Assembly: GCA_043228905.1 (NCBI GenBank)
Contig: JBHGNT010000021.1
Coordinates: 5,270,001-5,334,000 of the forward strand
Origin: Azolla caroliniana
Lineage: Eukaryota; Plantae; Polypodiophyta
Direction of reading: 5' to 3'
DNA length: 64,000 nt
The notes beneath the pieces were generated by a model. The model worked only from the letters and a program-made list of their open reading frames with translations, searched no databases and was not told where the DNA came from. This document shows positions 38,401-46,897 of this stretch, one piece after another. Both the position numbers and the translations under genes were made by a program. Position 1 is the first letter of the stretch, and every line of letters starts with the position of its first letter.

Positions 38401-40379
38401 TGCACGCTGCTGTACATAGAGTACCTTTCCAATGGACAGAAACGGAGGAGGCAGCCTACCAAGCGTTGAAGGTCATGCTGTCACAAGCTCCGGTGGTGCA
38501 GCCGCCGGACTGGAGTAAAAGCTTTCACGTCTTCGTCGACGCGTCGGACGTAGCAATCGGCAGTGTTTTGATGCAACTCACGGAACCGAAATGGTATCGG
38601 CCGGTGTACTACGCAAGCAGGAAACTCTCGAAAGCCGAACGGAACTACTCTACAACGGAACGAGAGGCATTAGGAATGGTGTACAGCGTCACAAAGTACA
38701 GGCACTATCTGCTCGGACGAAAGTTCTCCTTCCACGTTGACCACTCGGCACTACTCTACCTGGTCTCAAAGGCAGCCCTGACAGGAAAACTCGCACGATG
38801 GACGCTGCTATTACAGGAATTCGAATTCGACATTTTCCACCGACCCGGGGTGCAGCATGCGGTAGCAGACTACCTGAGCAGGCTAGAATCCGGAGAATCA
38901 GGGGACGGCGTACAGGATGAATTTCCCGACGCCGAGCTGTTTAAGGTCACGACGGCACCGGCAACGGAGACCACAGTAGCGGACGAAGACAAATGGTTAA
39001 CCGAAATGCATCAGTTCCTGAGCACCGGAGTTCCCCCGGAAAACCTGGACCGAGACGAACGGAAGAGGATGGCAGTACGGAGCAGACATTTCTGCTTGGT
39101 AGGAGACACCCTCTATCACAAGGGGGCAGATGGCGTATGGAGGCGAGCAGTGCGGAGCGATGAAAAGGATCTGATCCTGAGGGAAGCCCACTGTGGAATT
39201 GCAGGCGGGCATTATGCCGGCGAAACAACAGCCCGGAAGATATGGCACAGCGGACTATGGTGGCCTACTACCATGAGAGATGCCGTTAAGTATAGCAGGG
39301 AATGCGACCTGTGTCAACGACTGGGCCAACCCACGGAGCAGGCCCGGATGCCACATCACCCGGTCTTGCCATTAGAACCATTCCAAAAGTGGGGCTTGGA
39401 CTTTGTCGGTCCATTCAAGCCACCGGCAATGCGGACCGGAAATCGGTACATAATAGTGGCTACCGACTACTGCACCAAATGGGTAGAAGCAAAGGCACTA
39501 CGGGACAACACGGCGGCGTCCACGGCCAAATTTTTATATGAATGCATATGGTGTCGGTACGGATGCCCGATTGAGCTGATCAGTGACCAGGGAGGACATT
39601 TCCTCGGGCAGGTGGTGGAAAGTTTGACATCATTCTATGCGGTAGTACACAAACGAAGCACTCCCTACTACCCTCAAGCCAACGGATTAGCGGAATCAAC
39701 AAACAAAACGCTACAGAACATCCTTAGAAAAATCGTCAATGAGAACCGGACCGACTGGGACACGAAGTTGCAGAGCGTGCTGTGGGCGTACCGAACGGCG
39801 TACAAGACCAGCATCCGGACGACCCCGTTCCGACTGGCATTCGGCTTGGAAGCAGTCATGCCAGTAGAATTCCAAATTCCTAGCTTAAGAATACAGGTTA
39901 AGGAGCGGTTAAGCGAGAAGGAATCCGAACGAATCCGGCTGAAGATGCTGTTAGAACTGGAAGAAAATCGAATAGCCAGACTGCTACAGCTAGAACTAGA
40001 GCAAAGGAGGAGGAAAGCCTTTGTAGACCGACACCGGCGCGGTAACGAAAAGGAATTCGAGGTCGGGAAACCTGTATTACTGTTCCAGACAAGGATGGGG
40101 AGCATGCCAGGGAAATTGCGATTTCGGTGGACCGGACCATTCTGGATCACAAAGGAGTACAATGGGTCTTACCAGCTCGGGACGTTGTCAGGAGAAGTTG
40201 TGGGCAAATGGGCAAATGGCTTTCGCCTAAAACCGTATAAGGGGCACATGCCAGCTAACCCCTTCAAGCAAGACCCGGAAAACCCGAATGGCAAGGAACC
40301 GACACCGACGCGTAACAACGACGAGGAACCGACAACAGTGCGCACCGACCCGAACACATCGGGGGGAACCGAACAATGA
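35445..40379 (+). CDS. Gag-Pol polyprotein (remainder of Gag, 3 CCHC knuckles, protease, RT, RNase H, integrase)
   Basis: IIDGGSGVN (PR); VCVDYRKLN, FLDGFSGYNQI and VFLDDF (RT); VFVDASD and NYSTTEREALG (RH); HHCC zinc finger plus WGLDFVGP, ISDQG and NGLAESTNK (DDE integrase); no chromodomain. Confidence 0.95.
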   Translation: MFHRRVEQRELVGQFYTTRQGENETVPQFIIRFQTLHSQLARAPPEEEAKAVFLAALKDPLRAMCGILDFSTSTMDQVIDRVLEMDNTSSFLPMGALHQALPKEEDLRFRQALQCTTCLNSGHSTVDCTLRAQCMICNSRAHTTNQCEYNLLTRQAAPVRHIEPRNRDPEEDRFRRDDRYRRERGDRYPDRRRDSYDREENRRDSYPRDRYDREENRRDSYPRDRYDRDESPEYERRREERRPGNRNFRRNQRRGFFRREERREATRNDKPVAAPENRKTEDNRRGMPLPQTWEKGESSNTHRVYCYYCRKEGHYSNQCPSKTADKQPAVNMVTAEVQQVTTRSKGKAAEWEAQEAIRKQAAQWIKEANEQGAAEVRNQNMPREEEIVQPGENPTWQALQDCQIVLPLARLLQLVPRFTADLQAAVSKPTPTPAPAFFSNPEEGPAVVDTSSPAITTIVKGKEIPGTIIDGGSGVNVISRQTCDDLGIQEWEPCPFWLRMADTSSVRPTGLIRDLEVTIGGHVFRISAVVLELNVQGAYPLLLGRPWLRTAHIKQNWQKNMITFRRGKTKVRVATQPRVLTSKEATPLYAESINMLEGLPDEEVDRYLEEHLQIVPLFEVDITAAVEPYITMPDEPDKVAIRELRQAQEALEREMTISQRVKASQLEEVDLGTTEQPRPVKVAKELPKEEKQAMVALLTDFKDVFAWSYEDMRGLDPQLYQHQIHLSTDAKPIAQRRYRMNPNYAAKVKEEIDKLLRVGFIRPVKQATWLSPIVVVPKKNGKIRVCVDYRKLNAATVTDAFPLPFTDGVLDAVAGHEVYSFLDGFSGYNQIRMNPADQEKTAFVTEWGVFVAVVMMFGLKTAPATFQRIIMEIFGGFIPGFMQVFLDDFAVYSRHGEHLDHLRLCLEKCREYRLSLNPAKCVFGVASGNLLGHVVSREGIAVDPDKVKAILDAPAPNSAKALSRFLGQIRWHSRMIRHLADFATPLHAAVHRVPFQWTETEEAAYQALKVMLSQAPVVQPPDWSKSFHVFVDASDVAIGSVLMQLTEPKWYRPVYYASRKLSKAERNYSTTEREALGMVYSVTKYRHYLLGRKFSFHVDHSALLYLVSKAALTGKLARWTLLLQEFEFDIFHRPGVQHAVADYLSRLESGESGDGVQDEFPDAELFKVTTAPATETTVADEDKWLTEMHQFLSTGVPPENLDRDERKRMAVRSRHFCLVGDTLYHKGADGVWRRAVRSDEKDLILREAHCGIAGGHYAGETTARKIWHSGLWWPTTMRDAVKYSRECDLCQRLGQPTEQARMPHHPVLPLEPFQKWGLDFVGPFKPPAMRTGNRYIIVATDYCTKWVEAKALRDNTAASTAKFLYECIWCRYGCPIELISDQGGHFLGQVVESLTSFYAVVHKRSTPYYPQANGLAESTNKTLQNILRKIVNENRTDWDTKLQSVLWAYRTAYKTSIRTTPFRLAFGLEAVMPVEFQIPSLRIQVKERLSEKESERIRLKMLLELEENRIARLLQLELEQRRRKAFVDRHRRGNEKEFEVGKPVLLFQTRMGSMPGKLRFRWTGPFWITKEYNGSYQLGTLSGEVVGKWANGFRLKPYKGHMPANPFKQDPENPNGKEPTPTRNNDEEPTTVRTDPNTSGGTEQ

Positions 40380-40768
40380 TGCGGCATATGCTTAAGAATT
40401 AATATAAAAAAAAAAGAAAAAAAAAAAGAAAAAAAAAAAAAGACGTGGAGCTACGGGTAGAAAAGTCAAGACAAGAAGATCAAGAAAATCATGGTAATGA
40501 TGAAGGAAGTAGTTACAACCGTCACACGGGTGCACGAGCTATTTAAAGCACAGAACGTGGGGGCGCCGAGGTACAGGACTTAATACGTGCGGCAATCAAG
40601 GAGTCATAATGACAGACACGTAGGAGATTCGACACACGCGGCAAAGAAGCGCAAGCATGACACGCGGCAGCAAAGGACAGACATACTATTCATGACACAG
40701 CATGCGCAGGCGCCAAAAATAGGACATGCTATTCATGACAGAGCATGCGCAGGCGCCAAAAATAGGAC

Positions 40769-41533
40769 ATGCTATTCAAGGCAGAACACGTGCAGACGCC
40801 GAAATTAAAAAGTGAGATGCTAATTATGGCAGAAGATACGGACGCGCGAAAAACAGGAAAAGGCGGCTCGAGGGAAACGCCACTATATAAAGGAAGAACC
40901 GGGGAAGGGTTCACTTTTTACGAATTTTCCCACAAGCAAACGCAGGCTCAAGACAGCAAGATCCGACGCGCAGAACACCTACACCCCGACCTCAGACCAC
41001 AGGCAGCAGCAGACGAAGAAGAAGCGATGGCACTGTCGGACGGAGCGCGACAATGGCTGACGGAGAACGGATTAGGAGGGCTGCTGCGGGTCGCTGACGC
41101 TCCACCACACAAGGAACCAGAGCAGGCGGCAACAGCGGTGGACTTAGCAGAGGTCACTGAAGGAGCGGTACAAGCGCTCACAGGGATTTCGGAGGGAGGA
41201 CTTCAGACGATAGAGCTACCCTCGAGCCAAATATTCTTCGAGTATTTCGGCGAATACTCCCTTAGCAGTAAGGCGTATCGCACACAGGGCGGAGAGAACC
41301 TGCTGTTCGGAGAGGTGGCCCGCGCCCTGATGGAGTACGGGTTCGTGAACCCTCGTCCGGCAGCCATAGCCAAATACCGAGCAGCGATCGTCATCGCGAC
41401 ATTCGAAGGCCTGCAGGTGGACTGGCTCCATTTCATCACCGAAGGACTGAAAGAGGCGATCAAGCACTTAGTGGAAGGGAAGAAGCCATGGGCCGGAATA
41501 TCCCAATGGTTAACAGTGTTGGTCCCACCGGTG
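40769..41533 (+). CDS. Extra sense ORF downstream of pol, 5' part (split by the copia insertion)
   Basis: Open from ATG 40769 (alternative ATG 41027) to the copia TSD; removing the copia and one TSD copy fuses VLVPPV to SPIKHK in frame. Confidence 0.75.
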
Positions 41534-44500
41534 TGTTGGGGATTAGGTCGTCAATGCGGAAGATCAAGAAGCATTCGATTGCTGTCCAGAATACCTGCGT
41601 ATGACAGTTTGTATGTCGTTGCACAGAGAGAGAGAGAGAGAGACACAAAAGACTTTCTATTGCATAAAGCAAATAATACAACAACCAACCTTACAAAAAG
41701 GTTACAAGGTCACTATATATAGTGACCGACTTAGGGCAACTACCCTTTATGCTAATTACATAAATGGCCAAAACGGGATAGTATGAATACGTCCATTATA
41801 CACATGTATTCGACACTCCCCCGTAATGGGCGTATACATGGGTTATCTAAGATTACAGGTATAGACTTAGGTTCTCAGACATATCAGCTTTGTTCGGGTC
41901 GGCAGGGTCCGAAGGCAAAAGACCGAACTGGTCGGGTCGGAACAGTTGAAGCCGATCATTGAGGAACTGATGTCGGTTGTCGGGAACCATCCTGCTCTGT
42001 GTCCGGCTCTAACCGGACTGGTTTGTCGTTACGCCCATCTGATGCCGAAGAGACCGAAAACGGTCTGCCGAAAGACACTTGGTCATTCCATCTGCGACAT
42101 TGTCGGTTGTGGATATTTTCTCTAGACCGATTTTCCCTGAAATGACGCAGTCCCGAACGAAGTGATATCGAACGTCGATATGTTTGGAGGCGTTGTGGTG
42201 AACCGGATTTTTCGACAAGGCAACAGCACCTTGACTGTCGCTGTAGACAACTGGAGCCGAGTCATGGTCGACTTGTCGAAACGTGTGCGCCAGCCGACCG
42301 AGCCACAAAGCTTCTTTTGCTGCATCGGACGCAGCTACATATTCTGCTTCGGTCGTTGAGGTCGCTGTGCACTCCTGAAGTTTCGACTTCCACGAGATTG
42401 CTCCATTGCCGAATTTGAAGCAGTATCCGGTTGTTGATTTCCGACTGTCTATACAGCCGGCGAAGTCCGAGTCGGTGTAACCGACTACGCCTGAGGTTCG
42501 GTTCGGACCAAAAAGAATGTCGTGGTCTTTTGTGCCAGCCAGATATCTGAACACGTGCTTGACTGCGTTCCAATGCGATCGGCCAGGGTTATGCATAAAT
42601 CTGCTAACGACTCCTACGGCGTGAGAAATATCAGGCCGTGTCGCGACCATCAGGTACATAAGGGAGCCGACTGCCGGTGCATACGGTACCGACTTCATAT
42701 CTTCCCCCTCCGGACCGGATGTCGGGCAGTCTCGCTGAGAGAGCCGAAGATTCATAGGGAGCGGGGTTGAAGCAGATTTGGCTGATTGCATGTTGAAGCG
42801 TTCTAAGACACGTCGGATATAGTCGGTCTGAGACAGAAAAAGATGTCGTGTTTCACGATGCCGACTGATCTTCATGCCGAGTATGTGTCGTGCCGGACCG
42901 AGGTCCTTCATGGCAAACTTCAACCGCAGTTGCCGAATGAGATCGGCAAGTTCGCCCGCGTGGCGTCCAGAAATTAGCATGTCATCCACGTAAATGATGA
43001 GGAAGATGGGTGATCCATCTTGAGCTGTGTTGGTGAAGAGACAATGGTCCTCATCGCTTTTGGAGAAGCCGATCGATTGGATGAAGTCGTCGAACTTCTT
43101 GTACCATTGTCGCGGTGCCTGTTTGAGGCCGTATAGACTCTTCCTGAGTCGGCAGACTAGATGTTCTTGGCCAGTTGCCACGAAGCCTTTCGGCTGCTCC
43201 ATATAAATTTCCTCGTCAAGATCACCATGGAGGAAGGCTGTTTTGACATCTAGCTGAATCAGCTCCAAGTTGTCGGCTGCCACTACGCCGAGTAGGAAAC
43301 GAAGGGTTGTCATTTTCACCACTGGTGAAAAAATCTCGTCGAAGTCGACGCCATATTCTTGTCGGAAGCCCTTCGCAACTAATCTGGCCTTGTACTTTGG
43401 GGTGGTCGAATCAGACGTCTCTTTTAGTCGATAAACCCACTTGCAAGGAAGAGCACGTCGGTTCCTAGGTAATTCGACCAGATCCCAAGTCTTGTTTGCC
43501 CGAATGGAGTGCATTTCCGACTCCATCGCCAGATGCCAGGTGGCTGAATCGACAGATGTCGATGCTTCTTCGTAAGACGTGGGTTCGCCGGCGTCGGTGA
43601 AGAAAATTCCAGGAGAATACCTCTCCGGAGGTTGCGACAGTCTCTCGGATCGTCGAGGTATGATTGGACTGGTCGCATCGGGTATCAAGGTCGGATGGTC
43701 CGAAAGCGGATTGTTCTGCTGTGCCGAGTCGGGGTTGTCCGAGTTGGTAGTGTAAGGTTCAGCTACCCGTGAAGCTGACCGTGTGTTAAGAGCGGGGCCT
43801 TCTTGAGGGGTCGGCACATCGGAAAATGTTACCCTTCGGACTTCGATCGGTTTTTCGACTGATGGATTCATAGCCGACTCGTTGAACACAACGTCCGAAC
43901 TTCGAACGATTTGTCTGCGTTCGGGGTCCCAGAGTCGGTATCCCATTTCGCCGTCGGATCCATATCCAAGGAAAATGCATTTCCTGGACCGAGGTGCAAG
44001 TTTTCGGCGATCATCTTTCGGAATAAGGGCGTACGCCTCGCATCCGAAGATCCTCAGCTTGTCGTAATTCGGCTTACTGCCGATCCATAGTTCCTGAGGA
44101 ATTTGAAGTCCTAGAGGTCTACTTGGCGACATATTGATTATGTGTACTGCCGTGAGTAGAGCCTCTGCCCAGAAGCCATCCGACAGTCCGGAGTGTTGGA
44201 GCATGGAAACTATCCGTTCTTGGATTGTCCGATTCATGCGTTCGGCAATCCCGTTTTGCTCCGGACTGTGTGGTGCCGTAAATTCACGTCGGATGCCGCG
44301 TTGTCGGCAGAATTTGACGAATTTTTCGGATTTGAACTCTCCCCCATTGTCGGTCCGAAAGCATTTCAGCTTTCGGTCGGTTTGATTTTCTACCATAGCG
44401 AGCCAATCGGAGAAGATCGAGAAGACCCGATCTTTGGTGCGAATTGGATAAGCCCACACCTTTCGAGTCGAATCGTCAATAAAAGTGACGAAGTAAGAGG

Positions 44501-46892
44501 CACCGCCTAGAGACTGATGCGGCATTGGGCCACAGACGTCCGAATGGACTAAATCGAGAGGTCTCGTTTCTCTTGGTGCTGATGTCGGGTGTGATGCGGT
44601 TGCTTGTTTGCCATACTGGCAATGCTCGCAGAATTGGTGGTCGGAGAAGGAGAGTTTGGGGATGTATCCGGCTCTAGATAGGTGCGTGATGCCGGCCTTG
44701 CTGAGGTGTCCTAATCTTCGGTGCCATAGTGATGACACAGGAATATCCACCAAGAACAGGTTACCCTCTCTGAGCGTAACATGTAACGGATACAGTGAGT
44801 GTATCTTGGGTCCTCTAGCAAGCAGGAGGTTCCCCCTGTGGAGTGTCCACCCTCCCGAAGAAAAACCGGCACGAATGCCGTCTTCATCTAGTTGTCCGAC
44901 TGAGATCAAAGGCCTTGAGAGCTCGGGTACATGTCGGACATTGTGGAGTACAAGTGTAGAGCCACCTGCAAGGTTGAGCTCTACTGTGCCGATTCCGATG
45001 ATGTCACAGTGTTGCGAGTTGCCGACCCGAACTGAGTCGGAGTGACGGATCGTATATTGCCGAAATTGGGATCGATGAGGAGTCACGTGAAATGACGCAC
45101 CCGAATCTAAGAGCCATGTGCTCGATTCTTCAGTCGTGAGCAGAACTTCTGATCCGACTGGATTTTCGATTGATAGTATATTCGGGTCGTCCGGTAGTAC
45201 ATCAGCTGAGAAGCTGACGTAATTGATCTCCTCATGCCGGCCACTCTTCTTGTTGTTCTTGTTCTTGAGTGCGCGGCAGTCGGCTTTGATGTGTCCGGGT
45301 TTCTTGCAATAGTTGCAGATTCGGTTATCCCGTGACTGGCTCCGTCTTCGCTGATTGTTCGGCGGCCGTGAGGAATCTCTTCCTCGTATGTTCGATCGGT
45401 CTGTCGAACCTTGTACTACGTAAGCGTCGTCTGTTGAGTCTTTGGCGAAAGACTTTCTTCGAGCTGCTTCGGTCAGGATTGCGCTCGTGACTTCGGAGTA
45501 TTTAACAGCCGTGGTTGACGCGTTGCACACGGTTGTGACGAAAGTTTCCCATGATGAGGGAAGGCTGCTCATGAGTATCATTGCTCTGAGTTCATCCTCG
45601 ATTGCCGTCCCCTGAGATGAGATTTGGGAGCTTATGCTTTCGTACTCATTGAGGTGTGCTTGAACCGAATCGGATTCTTTCATCCGCAAGTTGTAGAGGC
45701 GCCGGATCAGAAACATCTTCGTTGCGGCGACCTTCTTTTCGTAAGTGTCCGACAGTGTTTTCCACAGTTCGAATGCTGTCGTACACGATTGCACCGTAAA
45801 ATATACCGATTCCGATAGGTGCATCCGAATCGTGGCGCGGACGATTCTGTCCAGCTTCTGCCACTCATTTGGTTTGTATCCTTCTGGAGGTTCTTCATTT
45901 TCGATGGGATCGATTTGCCCCTTGACTATGAGATAGTCCTGCATTTGTTCCTTCCAGAAGTTGAAGTTCGATCCATCGAACTTTCGTAGACTCATTTCTG
46001 ACGAGCCGGATGTTGATGCCATCAAATTCGGTTTCGGTTGGCGAAGCTCGGTTCGGAGTTGACTACGAACCTTGTTGGAGTGCAGCCGGTTGGCCCACCC
46101 GATATCGTTCTAGTCGGATTTGAACCCGAGTCGGTTCGGCTTCGGAACTTGCTCGAATTGACTCCGGTAGCTTGAGGGACAGAACCGACTGGTCTTCCCG
46201 AATGTTGCCGAGTCGGAGTGAGCCCGGTTCGCTTCGGATATATATGCCGAATACCGATTATTAAAACCGATTATCTGGACCGATTCTGCTTCGGTTGACT
46301 GCAGCAACGAGAGAGACGGATCCAACTGATCCTCCCGAATGTCGATCAGTCAGATGAAGCACGAATTTGGGTTGTTGTCAAAGTTGCACAAGGGGATTTC
46401 ACCTCGAGCGGTTACGATCACAAGGAACGAAGTACAACCCGCTGGCTTACTCCAAGCAAAGATGATCTAACGCGATGAGATGCAAACCTGGTTTTTTTTT
46501 TTTTCTTCTCTCTTTCTTCGAATGACGCGAATACTGTGCAGGCCGTGATGAGGTGAAGAACCGAATGCTGTGCAGGCGGTGATGACAGCCGAACGCTCTG
46601 ATACCAGATGTTGGGGATTAGGTCGTCAATGCGGAAGATCGAGAAGCATTCGATTGCTGTCCAGAATACCTGCGTATGACAGTTTGTATGTCGTTGCACA
46701 GAGAGAGAGAGAGAGAGAGACACAAAAGACTTTCTATTGCATAAAGCAAATAATACAACAACCAACCTTACAAAAAGGTTACAAGGTCACTATATATAGT
46801 GACCGACTTAGGGCAACTACCCTTTATGCTAATTACATAAATGGCCAAAACGGGATAGTATGAATACGTCCATTATACACATGTATTCGACA
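41534..46892 (-). mobile_element. Intact Ty1/copia LTR retrotransposon nested in the extra ORF
   Basis: LTRs 46609-46892 (5') and 41534-41815 (3') differ by 1 SNP and one GA unit; TSD CGGTG at 41529-41533 and 46893-46897; tRNA-iMet PBS TGGTATCAGAGC at 46606-46595; PPT next to 41816. Confidence 0.97.
42009..46025 (-). CDS. Copia Gag-Pol polyprotein, 1338 aa, uninterrupted
   Basis: CNYCKKPGHIKADC; WLLDSGASFH; LWHRRLGH...CEHC; VHSDVCGP, RTDNGGEF and NGIAERMNRT; YKARLVAKGF; IYVDDM; GYTDSDFAG; KHIDVRYHFVRD; IN precedes RT. Confidence 0.97.
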   Translation of the reverse strand: MMASTSGSSEMSLRKFDGSNFNFWKEQMQDYLIVKGQIDPIENEEPPEGYKPNEWQKLDRIVRATIRMHLSESVYFTVQSCTTAFELWKTLSDTYEKKVAATKMFLIRRLYNLRMKESDSVQAHLNEYESISSQISSQGTAIEDELRAMILMSSLPSSWETFVTTVCNASTTAVKYSEVTSAILTEAARRKSFAKDSTDDAYVVQGSTDRSNIRGRDSSRPPNNQRRRSQSRDNRICNYCKKPGHIKADCRALKNKNNKKSGRHEEINYVSFSADVLPDDPNILSIENPVGSEVLLTTEESSTWLLDSGASFHVTPHRSQFRQYTIRHSDSVRVGNSQHCDIIGIGTVELNLAGGSTLVLHNVRHVPELSRPLISVGQLDEDGIRAGFSSGGWTLHRGNLLLARGPKIHSLYPLHVTLREGNLFLVDIPVSSLWHRRLGHLSKAGITHLSRAGYIPKLSFSDHQFCEHCQYGKQATASHPTSAPRETRPLDLVHSDVCGPMPHQSLGGASYFVTFIDDSTRKVWAYPIRTKDRVFSIFSDWLAMVENQTDRKLKCFRTDNGGEFKSEKFVKFCRQRGIRREFTAPHSPEQNGIAERMNRTIQERIVSMLQHSGLSDGFWAEALLTAVHIINMSPSRPLGLQIPQELWIGSKPNYDKLRIFGCEAYALIPKDDRRKLAPRSRKCIFLGYGSDGEMGYRLWDPERRQIVRSSDVVFNESAMNPSVEKPIEVRRVTFSDVPTPQEGPALNTRSASRVAEPYTTNSDNPDSAQQNNPLSDHPTLIPDATSPIIPRRSERLSQPPERYSPGIFFTDAGEPTSYEEASTSVDSATWHLAMESEMHSIRANKTWDLVELPRNRRALPCKWVYRLKETSDSTTPKYKARLVAKGFRQEYGVDFDEIFSPVVKMTTLRFLLGVVAADNLELIQLDVKTAFLHGDLDEEIYMEQPKGFVATGQEHLVCRLRKSLYGLKQAPRQWYKKFDDFIQSIGFSKSDEDHCLFTNTAQDGSPIFLIIYVDDMLISGRHAGELADLIRQLRLKFAMKDLGPARHILGMKISRHRETRHLFLSQTDYIRRVLERFNMQSAKSASTPLPMNLRLSQRDCPTSGPEGEDMKSVPYAPAVGSLMYLMVATRPDISHAVGVVSRFMHNPGRSHWNAVKHVFRYLAGTKDHDILFGPNRTSGVVGYTDSDFAGCIDSRKSTTGYCFKFGNGAISWKSKLQECTATSTTEAEYVAASDAAKEALWLGRLAHTFRQVDHDSAPVVYSDSQGAVALSKNPVHHNASKHIDVRYHFVRDCVISGKIGLEKISTTDNVADGMTKCLSADRFRSLRHQMGVTTNQSG

Positions 46893-46897
46893 CGGTG

